Virus record (IMG/VR): IMGVR_UViG_3300045256_000094
DNA: 64,000 bases
From: a virus
Reading direction: 5' to 3' (one strand)
Shown here one piece after another: positions 1 to 9,667 of this stretch. The position numbers were made by a program, and so were the translations under genes. The notes below the pieces were generated by a model. The model saw only the letters and a program-made list of their open reading frames with translations, did no database searches and was not told the DNA's origin. The stretch's first letter is position 1. Each line of letters begins with the position of its first letter.

Positions 1-444
1 CCGGTCCTGCTCCTTGAAGTCCTGAATGAAGTTCCTTTCGGTAAGAAACTCAGGGTTGAAGCAAATCAGCAGGTGGCGGTAGGTGTTGTTTAACCTCTCG
101 ACCGTGCCGGGGATGACGGTGGACTTCAGGACGATGACCGGCCGGATGCCCAGGTACTCCGCACTCTCGTTCAGGTGCGTCATCACGTCGTCCACGCACA
201 CCACATCGCACTGCCCCTGGTTATTCATCGGCGTCGGAACGCAAACAAACACCGGGCCGTCCACGGACTTCAGGATGTGGGTATAGGGACTCACGGCCGG
301 GGGCGGAACAGGAACCTCCTTACCCCCGCAGACGGCAGCCCAACCCTTGATCTTGTCGTAGGACAAAATGTCGAAACAATGCTTCATCCCCTCGAACACG
401 GCCGAGCCGACGAAGCCCCGACCCACGATCCCGATAGTCTTCAT
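1..444 (-). CDS. UDP-glucose/GDP-mannose 6-dehydrogenase, N-terminal NAD-binding part (gene continues past window edge)
   Basis: Minus-strand translation starting at ATG 442-444 gives MKTIGIVGRGFVGSAV...VFVCVPTP...VVLKSTVIPGT...NPEFLTE. These are the Rossmann GxGxxG and UDPGDH-family motifs. The ORF runs off the 5' edge of the window. Confidence 0.7.
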   Translation of the reverse strand, partial: MKTIGIVGRGFVGSAVFEGMKHCFDILSYDKIKGWAAVCGGKEVPVPPPAVSPYTHILKSVDGPVFVCVPTPMNNQGQCDVVCVDDVMTHLNESAEYLGIRPVIVLKSTVIPGTVERLNNTYRHLLICFNPEFLTERNFIQDFKEQDR

Positions 445-450
445 ATTACC

Positions 451-1341
451 TCACAATTGGTTGCAACACGCCAAGAAGGTGTTCTTCATCAACATGGCAA
501 CCGTGACCGGACCCACCCCTCCGGGCACAGGGGTGTAAGCCTGAACGATCCCGTAGATGCCGGGATGGCAGTCCCCGACGACCTTGCCGTCTACTCGGTT
601 AATGCCCACGTCAATGACAACACTGTCCTTATGTACCATCTCCCTCTTCAAGAAATTCGGCTGCCCCACGGCGACCACGATGAAATCGGAAGAAAGACAG
701 CACTGCTCCAACAGTTCAGGCGGCGTCTTGTCGTGGCACATGCTCACCGTGGCGTTCCCGAACAGGTCGTCCCGGACCATCATCGAGAACAGAGGCTTGC
801 CCACCACGTCGCTGCGGTTGATGAGCGTGACCTTCTTCCCCTCCAGCTTGTAGCCGTAGTGGTGGAGGATCGCCTGTACCGCCGCCGGGGTGCAGGGCTG
901 GTAGCGGGGTCTGCCTTGCGTTAGTAAACCCACGTTGGTCGGGCTGAACACGTCCACGTCCTTGAGCGGGTTCAGGGCGTCGAACACGTTACTCTTGTAG
1001 ATGCCAGTCGGCAGCGGGAGTTGAACAAGGAGGCCGTGGATGGCCTTGTCCTTGTTCAACCAGTCGATCATGCCGAGCAGGTGGGACTCCGGGTCGGAGA
1101 ACTTCTCCACGCCGTTCTCGAACGGCTGGTACAGGACGCTGTTGATCCCGACCTTCTCGCACGCCTCTCGCTTCTTGTTGACGTAGATGCGACTGGCCGG
1201 GTCGTTGGTGGTCAGGATAACGGCAAGGGCGGGACGGATTAGGAACCCTTGTTGGTTCTTCATCCTGATCCCGTCCTTGACTTCCTTCAGAATCGCCTCT
1301 GCTACAACATCACCCTTGAGCAACACGTTTCTGACTCCCAT
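451..1341 (-). CDS. folD: bifunctional methylenetetrahydrofolate dehydrogenase/cyclohydrolase FolD
   Basis: 296 aa; LLVQLPLP, VTLINRSDVVGKP and PGGVGPVTVAMLMKNT motifs are typical of FolD. Confidence 0.88.
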   Translation of the reverse strand: MGVRNVLLKGDVVAEAILKEVKDGIRMKNQQGFLIRPALAVILTTNDPASRIYVNKKREACEKVGINSVLYQPFENGVEKFSDPESHLLGMIDWLNKDKAIHGLLVQLPLPTGIYKSNVFDALNPLKDVDVFSPTNVGLLTQGRPRYQPCTPAAVQAILHHYGYKLEGKKVTLINRSDVVGKPLFSMMVRDDLFGNATVSMCHDKTPPELLEQCCLSSDFIVVAVGQPNFLKREMVHKDSVVIDVGINRVDGKVVGDCHPGIYGIVQAYTPVPGGVGPVTVAMLMKNTFLACCNQL

Positions 1342-1846
1342 AGTTGAAGTCCACCACGAACCCGCTCTGGATGTCGCCCCAGGTCAGGTGGTGGATCGAG
1401 TTGAAGCCTTCCTCGAACGTCGGGTACTTCCACTGGCTGTTGTGGTGTTTCGCCACCATCAGCCAGTAATCATAGTCATGTCCACGGGCATCGGCACCGG
1501 CCCGACGTGCGGCGTGAACCTCCGGCCCTTCGTTGGTGAAGACGATGGCCTCGCACTGAACGTCGAAGCTCTTTGCCAGGGCGATCCACCGCTGGCGTCC
1601 CTGGACGCTACAGTTGAGGCCACGGTCCACCAACACCTTTCGACCCATAAGTAGGGCCGAGGCGATGACGTGGTTTTCGACGCTCTTGTACAGGGTCTTC
1701 AACCCGGTATCATAGAGGGTGTAGTCGTCGGCGTGCAGCATGTTGACGATGGCGTCGTCGTTCATGCAGATGATGCCCTTTTGGGCTGCGTTGCGGGCGT
1801 AGGTGGATTTACCCGATGCGATCATCCCTACTAAGACTGGGATCAT
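1310..1846 (-). CDS. P-loop kinase (polynucleotide-kinase-like kinase domain)
   Basis: Walker A motif GMIASGKST near the N-terminus; roughly 180-aa kinase-only protein. The 5' end overlaps the FolD start, so the real start is probably the internal Met (M10 or M17). Confidence 0.55.
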   Translation of the reverse strand: MIPVLVGMIASGKSTYARNAAQKGIICMNDDAIVNMLHADDYTLYDTGLKTLYKSVENHVIASALLMGRKVLVDRGLNCSVQGRQRWIALAKSFDVQCEAIVFTNEGPEVHAARRAGADARGHDYDYWLMVAKHHNSQWKYPTFEEGFNSIHHLTWGDIQSGFVVDFNYGSQKRVAQG

Positions 1847-1914
1847 ACAAGCCCTCCAATGGCTCGAAAGCACGGCTTCCCTGCCGTGTTGTTAATCTAT
1901 CCGAAAGCGGCTTC

Positions 1915-2214
1915 TTAGTCAATCTTGGGAACGTAAATCTTGGACACGCCCTGCTCGTTGACCAGCTTGTAGAAGTCCTCGTAGGTGAGTTCTTCGTCAA
2001 TCTGGGCCATCACGAACGCCGCCTCGTCCTCGGTGAAGTCGCCCACCAGTTGAGAGGGGTCAACGTAGTGACGCCGCTTGGCGAGCCAGAACGCACTGAG
2101 CAATCGGTGGAACGGGCTGGAGTCGAAGCAACGCTCGCAGTGTTGACAGGTGGTGATGCCGTCTTTGAGGGGGTGATTCAGTTTATGCCCGCAGTATGCG
2201 CACATGATTAACAT
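1915..2214 (-). CDS. small zinc-ribbon protein
   Basis: MLIMCAYCGHKLNHPLKDGITTCQHCERCF carries a CxxC...CxxC zinc-ribbon motif. The ORF-track extension upstream of 2214 is the antisense of the ParB gene and was trimmed. Confidence 0.45.
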   Translation of the reverse strand: MLIMCAYCGHKLNHPLKDGITTCQHCERCFDSSPFHRLLSAFWLAKRRHYVDPSQLVGDFTEDEAAFVMAQIDEELTYEDFYKLVNEQGVSKIYVPKID

Positions 2215-2282
2215 GAATCTATGTAAACAAAAAGGCCGGGGTTTTACAACCCCGGCCCAAAGACTCTGGATTAGTCCGTCCG

Positions 2283-3593
2283 TCAGTCCGCCAGTTCCTC
2301 GTCCCCGGCCTCCACGTCGGTCAGGGGTTCCAGCGGCTTTTCCTCGTAGCCGTCGGGCAGTTCCCACTCGAAGCGGGCGACCATGATCTGCCGGGCCACA
2401 CGGCAGGGGTCGTACACGCCGTTCAGGATGGCGACGGCGGTAGCCCGCATCACTTCCAGAACGTCGTTCGGGATCAGGTTCTTCGTCACGGGGTCTTGCT
2501 TGCCCTTCTCGATCCACCCCTTGACCAGTTCCTTGTAGAACTGCTCGATCTGCCCCTTTGTGAGACAGGTCGCCTTCTTCGGGCTGACGCCCCGCTTCAG
2601 CCCGCCCGCCGTCAGGTGGCCCTGCCGGATGGTTCCGGCCTCCTTCACCACCCGGTCCTTCTTGGCCTTCGCCTTCTTGGCCCGCCCCTCGGCCGTCTCC
2701 TTCTTCTTGGCGAGCCGCTTGGCCGCAGCCTCGTCGCCCTGCTCCTCGGCGATGTTCACCATCGTCGCCGTCATGTCGGCCTCGTCCGACGCCTGTGCGA
2801 TCTCGTCGTCGAGCCGTTCGACCGCCTCAGCCCGCTCGGCCTTCTCTTGCTCAACGGCCCCCTCGTAAGCCGCCTGCCGGTCCTCCTTCTTGTAGGACAA
2901 CAGCTTGACGGCGACGTGACGGGTGAGTTGCCCACTCACCAACTTGGCGAAGGCGTCGGGCGGGAGTTCTTCCCGGAAGTTCCCGGTCTGGGACACCCAG
3001 GTCACGTTGGTGGACAGGAGCTTGACGATCTCCTGCTGGGTCAGGCCACGGAGGGTCAGCCGTTCGACCAGTTCGATCTCTTCCTTGACGGTCAACGACT
3101 GGTGTTCGTTGTTCTCAAGGAAGTTGATCCTCACCGCCTCTTCGTCGGTGATGTTGTACAGGACGTTGCAGGTGACGAACTGGTAGAGTTCCCGTGCGGG
3201 AACCTCGATCTTCCGCTTGCGGTCGAAGCACAGCGGGTTGTTCTTGTACAGCAGGTCGATTGACCGGAATCGCCGCTCACCGGCGATCAGTTGAACCCTG
3301 GTGACGGGGGACTCGTCGTCCGACGGGTTCTCAGTGAAGGCCCGGACGACGATGGGTTGGATCAGACCTTCCAGGCGGATGCTCTCGTAGAGAGCGTGCA
3401 TCTTCTCCTGGGTGAAGCTGTCCATGCTCCGGCAGTTGAAGAACAGAACGTCCTTCTCTCGCCCCGGCTCCGGCCGTTCCACGATCTCGATGGCTTGGAG
3501 TGGCACAAGCCGGAACTGGCCGTCCCCCTCGATTCGGATGCCCCCGAGCGGGTCATCCTTCGTCTTGCCGTTCTTTTTGGTTGCCGTGGTCAT
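2283..3593 (-). CDS. ParB-like nuclease-domain protein
   Basis: The ParB/Srx N-terminal motif IVVRAF...RVQLIAGERRFRS is present. The C-terminal region is rich in Lys/Ala/Glu. Confidence 0.8.
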   Translation of the reverse strand: MTTATKKNGKTKDDPLGGIRIEGDGQFRLVPLQAIEIVERPEPGREKDVLFFNCRSMDSFTQEKMHALYESIRLEGLIQPIVVRAFTENPSDDESPVTRVQLIAGERRFRSIDLLYKNNPLCFDRKRKIEVPARELYQFVTCNVLYNITDEEAVRINFLENNEHQSLTVKEEIELVERLTLRGLTQQEIVKLLSTNVTWVSQTGNFREELPPDAFAKLVSGQLTRHVAVKLLSYKKEDRQAAYEGAVEQEKAERAEAVERLDDEIAQASDEADMTATMVNIAEEQGDEAAAKRLAKKKETAEGRAKKAKAKKDRVVKEAGTIRQGHLTAGGLKRGVSPKKATCLTKGQIEQFYKELVKGWIEKGKQDPVTKNLIPNDVLEVMRATAVAILNGVYDPCRVARQIMVARFEWELPDGYEEKPLEPLTDVEAGDEELAD

Positions 3594-3713
3594 AGATTTT
3601 CCCTTTCCTTGTGACCGGCGTGCCTACGGTGATCGGGTCTGTCGGGGCATAATGATCTGGACCGCACCAGTCCAGGCTTCATCTGCCAGTTTTGCTGGTC
3701 TTCTCCTTTCTTG

Positions 3714-4328
3714 TTACAGAGCGTAAGTCGGCCCCGGTTTACGACAACGCACTTGCCATCCGACTTCGTACTCCGTGCTGCCGTAGTTGTCAAGCACGGA
3801 ATCCTTGCGCCGTAGCATCAGTCCCTCGATTGCATCGAGCTTGATGAAATCGTTGAACCGAGCCACGAAATCCGAGTCCCACGTCTCAGCCATCCACACA
3901 TGGGGGCTGACGGTCAGAGCGATTGCCGGATCGCTCTTAGACGTGGGACTACCGCACAAGTCGTTCAAAAGTTTCAGACGTGTTTCCTGTTTTGCTCCGA
4001 AAAGGTACTTGCCCGTTTGGAGTACGTCGAATAGGACAACGGTGTGGGGAAAATGTTCGTGGACTAGCTCGCAGTCCAGCCAGTAAGCCTTGCCGTCCTC
4101 GAACTTTAGGGCGGAAAGTTCACGCCGAAGCTCGGCGGACATCTTGTACCGCTCGTAGGGCTTGCCGTAGCGGGAAAAGATGGACACCTGACCATCGGGT
4201 GAACGGAAGATCACCGAACGGTCGCCATTGAACTTCCGCTGCACCAGCCACTTCCCCGTTCGCTCCAGGCGGGGGAGTTCCGATGAGGGAACTTTCCCTT
4301 GCGGGCGAGGAGGGAAGATTGGCTTCAT
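3714..4328 (-). CDS. minimal ATP-dependent polynucleotide ligase (nucleotidyltransferase domain)
   Basis: Motif I is LVQRKFNGDR (K-x-[DN]-G-x-R). The downstream EGLMLRRKDS resembles motif IV/V. The likely start is the internal MKPIFPP; the ORF is open to 4415. Confidence 0.55.
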   Translation of the reverse strand: MKPIFPPRPQGKVPSSELPRLERTGKWLVQRKFNGDRSVIFRSPDGQVSIFSRYGKPYERYKMSAELRRELSALKFEDGKAYWLDCELVHEHFPHTVVLFDVLQTGKYLFGAKQETRLKLLNDLCGSPTSKSDPAIALTVSPHVWMAETWDSDFVARFNDFIKLDAIEGLMLRRKDSVLDNYGSTEYEVGWQVRCRKPGPTYAL

Positions 4329-4451
4329 GGGCGGATTGCTCCGTGGATGGAACCAACTTACCCCAGAAACGGGAAAAGTAAAGCGCAAAGTAGGAAAAAA
4401 AGAAAGACCCGGCAAAACCGGGTCTTTCCGTAGTTTTACTTCGACCTGAAT

Positions 4452-4709
4452 TTAGAAGAGACGCTGGTTGCAAACCGTAACAGCAGCTACATACGCCTCG
4501 GAACGAGCGTTGCACTGACGGTTGATCTTCGAGCAGGATACCCGGAACAGCCGCTTCGTGGTGCAAGTGTAAACCTTGTTGCCTTCCTCGTCAACACTCT
4601 TCACGCACTTGAACCGCACGTCCGGCGTGCCGTCCTTGTGGACGCCCTTGCAGTGATTTCCCGGCAGAGGCGGAATGTGCGAAAGTACGTCTTCGATAGT
4701 CTGTGCCAT
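4452..4709 (-). CDS. small Cys-rich hypothetical protein
   Basis: 85-aa ORF with a GGAGGT ribosome-binding site 8 nt upstream of the ATG. Confidence 0.45.
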   Translation of the reverse strand: MAQTIEDVLSHIPPLPGNHCKGVHKDGTPDVRFKCVKSVDEEGNKVYTCTTKRLFRVSCSKINRQCNARSEAYVAAVTVCNQRLF

Positions 4710-4769
4710 AAAAAATACCTCCGTAAACGGAATAAGGGCTATAGCACAGGTATCTAGCAGTATTAACGA

Positions 4770-5534
4770 TTATTTCATGAGTGCCCGGATGTCCTCCAGG
4801 GCTAACTCTCGGTTCTTCTCCACCACCTTCAGATTCTTCGGGTCACGGCGGCAAACCTCCGTGATCGTGCATTCGCCCTCGTGGTAAACAAAACTGTTCC
4901 CGGCGATGGCCTGCTTGAACCCGTGCTTCCGCATCCGGTAGGCGAACTCTTCGTCCTCGTACCCGCACAGTGGATAGGACTTGATCGGCCCGCCGACGTG
5001 TTTGAACAAGTCCCGGTGGCACATGAAGCAGTACATCGACAGGTGCGTGTCGTCCAAGATGATCGGGTCAACCTTCTCCGGCTCCAGCACACCCTTCTGC
5101 CGCTCGTCGCCGCCGAGGGGGTTGTTGGTCTTCGGTGCGACCATGCGCACGCCCTTGTCCTTCAGCGTCAGGAGCGGCTGGGCCATGCTGGTCAACCAGT
5201 TCAGGTCGTCCACAACGCAGTCGGACTGAATCACAACTACCCAGGGACTCTCCGTGTTCTCCAGTCCGGCCCGAACCGCCCCGCCGAACCCCTTCTGCTC
5301 GTTACACCGCAGGCACTTCATCGTCTTAAGCGAGTTCAGGTCGTTGATGAACTGCTCGTTCGGCGAGTGGTCGTCCACCAAGCAAATCTGGTGCGGGTTG
5401 CTGTAGGTGTTGCGGAAGATGCTCTCCAGCAGGCGGCGCACCTTGTCGTACTGCCCGTGGAACGGAATGATGATGTCCACGGCAGAGAAGAAGTCCCGCC
5501 GCTTGATCGGTCTGGCTTCGTGTACCTTCGGCAT
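4770..5534 (-). CDS. family 2 glycosyltransferase (GT-A fold)
   Basis: DIIIPFHGQYDKVRRLLESI...LVDDHSPN...QKGFGGAVRAGL fits the GT2 pattern. Starting at M11 gives an ATGA overlap with the upstream gene. Confidence 0.78.
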   Translation of the reverse strand: MPKVHEARPIKRRDFFSAVDIIIPFHGQYDKVRRLLESIFRNTYSNPHQICLVDDHSPNEQFINDLNSLKTMKCLRCNEQKGFGGAVRAGLENTESPWVVVIQSDCVVDDLNWLTSMAQPLLTLKDKGVRMVAPKTNNPLGGDERQKGVLEPEKVDPIILDDTHLSMYCFMCHRDLFKHVGGPIKSYPLCGYEDEEFAYRMRKHGFKQAIAGNSFVYHEGECTITEVCRRDPKNLKVVEKNRELALEDIRALMK

Positions 5535-6070
5535 TAAATCTCCTCGGACAACTGATCGAACCAATTCTTCAACGCCACGTCCACTTCCCCTGGGTGAGAG
5601 TGCAGATAGGCCAGGGACGGGGTTTGGGCGGCGTACTCAGTCAACTTGTCCTTGTCATACTTGTTACCCACGCCCACTACCAACACTTTGCACTCCAGGC
5701 TTTCCTTCTCGTTCAGCACAACCACCTTCTTCACGCTCAGTAGGTCCGAAGGCAGGAAGCTGTCGGTGACGAGAATCAGAACCTTGTCGGTGTAGTCGTC
5801 GCCCCGAGCGGCGACGTACAAGGTTTGCTTCAGTGCAAACCCCAGGTCGAACTTGAACCCGTCCGTCTCGAAGTTGCCCAGAGCGGCCGTCTTCTCGCCC
5901 TGCGAGTACACGGCGTCAAGAAGCTGTGGGTGGTACAGGTAAAACCCGTCTTCGCTCTCCGTCTTGCAGACGAACCGGACCAGGGACTTTCGTACCTCGT
6001 CCACCACTCGCCTGCCCTCATGTTCACGGGAGGATAGGTGAAGTACGAGGCCGATGTTTTTACTTTTCAT
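5534..6070 (-). CDS. hypothetical protein (possibly vWA-like)
   Basis: 178-aa ORF; VLILVTD and VLVVGVG stretches; no confident homology. Confidence 0.45.
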   Translation of the reverse strand: MKSKNIGLVLHLSSREHEGRRVVDEVRKSLVRFVCKTESEDGFYLYHPQLLDAVYSQGEKTAALGNFETDGFKFDLGFALKQTLYVAARGDDYTDKVLILVTDSFLPSDLLSVKKVVVLNEKESLECKVLVVGVGNKYDKDKLTEYAAQTPSLAYLHSHPGEVDVALKNWFDQLSEEI

Positions 6071-6848
6071 TGCGTTCCTTTCGCTTGTTGCGATGCTTGA
6101 CCCGGATCGGGTTGTTGAAGTCTTTCAGTGGGTGGAGGATCGAGGCGTTCGGGAAGTCCTCGGCCTCCGTCAGTTCCGGCCGGAAGCGGCAGGGGAAGTA
6201 TTCGTAGCTCCCGTGCCACCGGCCCGGCGTGTAGGTGGCGAACACGCCGATGTTGCCGCCCATCTCACGGGCGAGCGTTGGGTACATGTGTTCCGACACG
6301 TCGTACCCGTCGTACCCCGGCATGAACCCCTGGGAGAACGAGTTGGTCGCATTGAGGAAACGGTCTAGGAACTTGATCTCCTTCAGCCGGTCAATGAACT
6401 TGCGGTTGAAGAACAACATGCAGCCGAGCAGGTAGTAGCCCTTCGTGATCTTCTTCCCGATGATCGCTTCGACGATGGGTATCTTCACTTCGTTCACCGC
6501 CCCGTCGTTGCCCAACATCCAGATGTTCTGCTCGTCGGCCATCTTGAGGTTGTGCTTGAATCGGTCCGACGCCACCAGGGCGTCGTAGTCCATGTAGCAG
6601 TACCAGTCGGAGTCGTACATCTCGGTCAGGTGCTTCAAGCCCAGGGCCACGTTGCGGTACGGGGCACGGGGGAAGCCGTGTTTGAAACCTTTGATGTAAG
6701 GGGCTGGCAGTTTCACGTCAACGAAGGCGTTGCTGGCTCCGTCGATGACCAAGAGGATGTCGTTGGTCATGTGGGCCTGAATCGACTCCACCGTGTCCAT
6801 GACCAATTCGGGGTTGGCGTGGATATTTAGGAATGTTGCTACTCTCAT
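6060..6848 (-). CDS. hypothetical protein, putative glycosyltransferase-like
   Basis: ORF of roughly 262 aa after trimming to the MRVATFLNIH start; lies inside the glycan cluster; no strong motif. Confidence 0.4.
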   Translation of the reverse strand: MRVATFLNIHANPELVMDTVESIQAHMTNDILLVIDGASNAFVDVKLPAPYIKGFKHGFPRAPYRNVALGLKHLTEMYDSDWYCYMDYDALVASDRFKHNLKMADEQNIWMLGNDGAVNEVKIPIVEAIIGKKITKGYYLLGCMLFFNRKFIDRLKEIKFLDRFLNATNSFSQGFMPGYDGYDVSEHMYPTLAREMGGNIGVFATYTPGRWHGSYEYFPCRFRPELTEAEDFPNASILHPLKDFNNPIRVKHRNKRKERNEK

Positions 6849-6883
6849 AGTTACGCTCAGGAAGCAGAATAATATAGCAAGGA

Positions 6884-7807
6884 GTGAAAATGGCTGACAA
6901 CGCAAAAGTCAACTTGCTCATCGATAGGTTAGTTCAGGGCTTTCAAGAACTCAAAGCCGCACTGAACGATGAGCCTGCCCCGAAGGTGACGACCCTCTCT
7001 ACCCCGGCACCGCAGGTCGAGTTGAACAGCTTCGACCGTCTGAAGCAAGCTCTCGAATCCGACCGATGGCCCGAGTCCGTCAACAAAAACCTCGTCTGTG
7101 ACCCGAATTCGGAGATCGACAAGGTGGAGCGGGGCCGGGGCGTTGTCGAACTCCTCGTCGAAGACAACCTGAACGGCTTGAAGTTCCTCGACTACGGCTG
7201 CGGAGAAGGCTACGCCGCCTTCTACGCCTCGGAGAAGAACCCCGCCGTGTCCGTTGGCTACGACATCAAGGATCAGAACTGGCAGCACTTCCAGACCAAG
7301 CCAAACCTCCTCTTCACTACGAACAAGAAGGTCGTCGCCGACAACGGGCCGTATGACGTAATCCTGCTGTTCGACGTGATCGACCACCTGGACGGGGCTA
7401 CGCCGGTGGATGTCCTCAAGGAAGTCGCCAGCCTGCTGTCGCCGACCGGCAAGATTTACATGCGGACCCACCCGTTCACGGCGAAGCACGCCACCCACCT
7501 GTACCACGATCTCAACAAGGCGTTCCTGCATCTGGTCTTCACCGAAGACGAGTTGAAGCAGATCGTGCCGGACGCCAAGTACGCCGAGAAGAACCTGGGC
7601 GTGACCACCCCGCTCCTGTCCTACGGCAACTGGATTGAGGAAGCCAAGCTGGCCGTCGTCCACAAGCGGGAGATTAGGGACAAGGTGGAAAGCTTCTTCA
7701 AGATTCCGCAGGTCGCCGAACGGATCATGAAGAACACCAAGATGACCACGTTCCCGGAGTTCCAGATGTCCATCCAGTTCGTTGACTACGTTCTCAAGAA
7801 AGCGTAA
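6884..7807 (+). CDS. class I SAM-dependent methyltransferase (paralog 1 of 3)
   Basis: FLDYGCGEGY (motif I), DVIDHL and FVDYVLKK at the C-terminus. Paralogous to the genes at 11630 and 13419. Confidence 0.78.
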   Translation: MKMADNAKVNLLIDRLVQGFQELKAALNDEPAPKVTTLSTPAPQVELNSFDRLKQALESDRWPESVNKNLVCDPNSEIDKVERGRGVVELLVEDNLNGLKFLDYGCGEGYAAFYASEKNPAVSVGYDIKDQNWQHFQTKPNLLFTTNKKVVADNGPYDVILLFDVIDHLDGATPVDVLKEVASLLSPTGKIYMRTHPFTAKHATHLYHDLNKAFLHLVFTEDELKQIVPDAKYAEKNLGVTTPLLSYGNWIEEAKLAVVHKREIRDKVESFFKIPQVAERIMKNTKMTTFPEFQMSIQFVDYVLKKA

Positions 7808-8259
7808 AAGTCGCTGGCGGAACGCTCCTCGAAGTCGCCCGTGTTCTCGAAGTATCGGACCGGGCACCTGAGCCTGGGGTAATCCACCCCACGATACCAT
7901 TTGTCAAACATCGGCCGGTGCTGATCGGGGTCACTAACCTCGACTCGGTACTGGCCGATGATCTTTTCATACGGGGCGTACAGGACGTACACCGTCGTCT
8001 CGGCCGGGAAGTACAGCCCGGTCGGGTCGCTCAGGTGCCACCCATCCAGGGTGAAGTCGGCGTTGCAGAACCAACTGACATGGGCCATCGCTTCACTGAT
8101 GGAAAGCCCGAACGTCTCGATCTGGTGCCAGGGGAACAGGGCGTCGAAGCAGACGTAGCGGTTCGGCAACAGCTTGGCGAACGTGGTCTTGCCCACACAC
8201 GACATCCCGAACACTATGATACGCTCAGGATGATTACCATTGTAACTGTTAATTTTCAT
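7786..8259 (-). CDS. P-loop NTPase/kinase-like protein
   Basis: Walker A motif IIVFGMSCVGKTT. Confidence 0.5.
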   Translation of the reverse strand: MKINSYNGNHPERIIVFGMSCVGKTTFAKLLPNRYVCFDALFPWHQIETFGLSISEAMAHVSWFCNADFTLDGWHLSDPTGLYFPAETTVYVLYAPYEKIIGQYRVEVSDPDQHRPMFDKWYRGVDYPRLRCPVRYFENTGDFEERSASDFYAFLRT

Positions 8260-8865
8260 AGCGACGACTTCCTTGCCCTGCTCCGTGAGTCCATCGACAG
8301 GTTTAGTGTAACAAGTCCCAAGCTCCTTGTCATCGACAATACCCTAGAAAACAAGGGGCACGGCGAAGCCCTGAACCTCGGTGCGGCCCAGGTCACGACA
8401 GACTACACGATGTTTGTCGATGTCGATACCCACTTTACGCTCAACGCCTGGGACGACGTGCTGCTCGACGCCATTGAGGGATACGAGGCCATCTTCGGAC
8501 GGGGCGTGCCCGTCAAGCCGGTCCGCCCGGCCTGCATGTTTATGCGAACTTCGGTCGCAAAGCTGTACGACTGGAGCGCCAGCCCAAATTACAGAGGGCA
8601 CCGGGTCACGCCGGACGGGTTCGACGTTGGGGTAAAAGCGTACAAGAACATCGTGAACGACGGGAGGCGGCACACCTTCTTCGAGACGATCCCGAACCGC
8701 TACGGCACGGCCAACGGCGAGGAGTTCTGTTGGCATGGCGTGCCGTTCATTTACCACCACTGGCACGGAACACACTTGGCAGCCCGGCAGGCGGACTTTC
8801 CTTCGGTGGACTTGCTGGCGGACAAGCAGAAACTTTTCGACTCAATTCCCTGGCGGTATCTTTGA
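8230..8865 (+). CDS. family 2 glycosyltransferase
   Basis: MITIVTVNFHSDD...VIDN...DVD. The ORF-track N-terminal extension (7918-8229) is the antisense of the kinase gene and was trimmed. Confidence 0.68.
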   Translation: MITIVTVNFHSDDFLALLRESIDRFSVTSPKLLVIDNTLENKGHGEALNLGAAQVTTDYTMFVDVDTHFTLNAWDDVLLDAIEGYEAIFGRGVPVKPVRPACMFMRTSVAKLYDWSASPNYRGHRVTPDGFDVGVKAYKNIVNDGRRHTFFETIPNRYGTANGEEFCWHGVPFIYHHWHGTHLAARQADFPSVDLLADKQKLFDSIPWRYL

Positions 8866-9658
8866 CGAACTTCCGGTTGAGGCCGCTCTGGAGGGCGTAA
8901 TACTCGGCGTAGGTTAGCGGCAGCTTCCACTTCAACAGGTAGTAGATGAAGTTGTACAACGACAGCTTGATGAGTTCCTGGTCGGACAACGCCTTGCCGC
9001 CCTCCTGCTTCTCGTGGTGGTAGTGGAACTCGTTGACCTTCGTGTCCACGAAGGTACAGCCCCCGACCTTAGCCGTCATGTGGAAGTCGGTATCGGCGAA
9101 TGCGCCGTGCCCGCAGTACCAGGGATCGACGCCCTTGAGCCTGTAGAACGTGGACTTAGTGAAGGCGGTGTTGCCCGACATCACGTTCTTACCCGGCCCC
9201 GGCGGCGGATCGACGTACCGGGATTCATAACGGAAGGCTCCCAGGGACCGCTCGTCGAGCAGGAAGTCCTCACGGGGCAATAAATCCTGTAACACCTGCA
9301 AAGACATGTCTTTAAGTACGAAATAATGCCGAGACGAAAAAATAAATACGTCTTCGGAGATCAGGTCTTTGATTAAGGACAGGTACTCCGGCGGCAGCAG
9401 CCGGTCGGAGTCCAGATACCAGACGATCTCGTGCTTGGCGGTGGCGACTCCCGCCTCCCACATGTTTGCCCAGGAGAACTGGCCGTTAATACGGGGGACG
9501 ACGATGGGGGTGAAGTCACGGGGGATCGACCGAGGCTTTCCGTCACAAACTAGGACTTTCTGACATTCCTCGTAGCCACGCATGGCTTCCAGGCAGCGGA
9601 TCGTGTAATCTAGCTGAACTTCACGGTCCTGCGAGAACATAATAAAGATTGAAACCAT
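8747..9658 (-). CDS. glycosyltransferase (GT2-like)
   Basis: MVSIFIMFSQDREVQLDYTIRCLEAM...WYLDSDRLL...GHGAFADTDF. The start was trimmed to the Met at 9658 because the upstream part overlaps the 9668 gene. Confidence 0.6.
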   Translation of the reverse strand: MVSIFIMFSQDREVQLDYTIRCLEAMRGYEECQKVLVCDGKPRSIPRDFTPIVVPRINGQFSWANMWEAGVATAKHEIVWYLDSDRLLPPEYLSLIKDLISEDVFIFSSRHYFVLKDMSLQVLQDLLPREDFLLDERSLGAFRYESRYVDPPPGPGKNVMSGNTAFTKSTFYRLKGVDPWYCGHGAFADTDFHMTAKVGGCTFVDTKVNEFHYHHEKQEGGKALSDQELIKLSLYNFIYYLLKWKLPLTYAEYYALQSGLNRKFVKDTARELSRKVSACPPASPPKESPPAGLPSVFRASGGK

Positions 9659-9667
9659 AGATAAACC

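Noticed and set aside
175-924. Long plus-strand ORFs (175-924, 2496-3263, 4881-5537, 6929-7900, 40307-41371, 49131-50120, 50259-50813, 50275-50801 and similar) lying antisense to well-supported genes
   Set aside because: They have Arg/Pro/Gly-rich, low-complexity translations typical of the antisense frame of high-GC genes. Every one overlaps a gene with clear homology or motifs on the other strand.
7918-8229. N-terminal 104 aa of the ORF-track entry 7918-8865
   Set aside because: This part is antisense to the P-loop kinase gene. The GT2 homology begins at MITIVTVNFHS (8230), so the CDS was trimmed.
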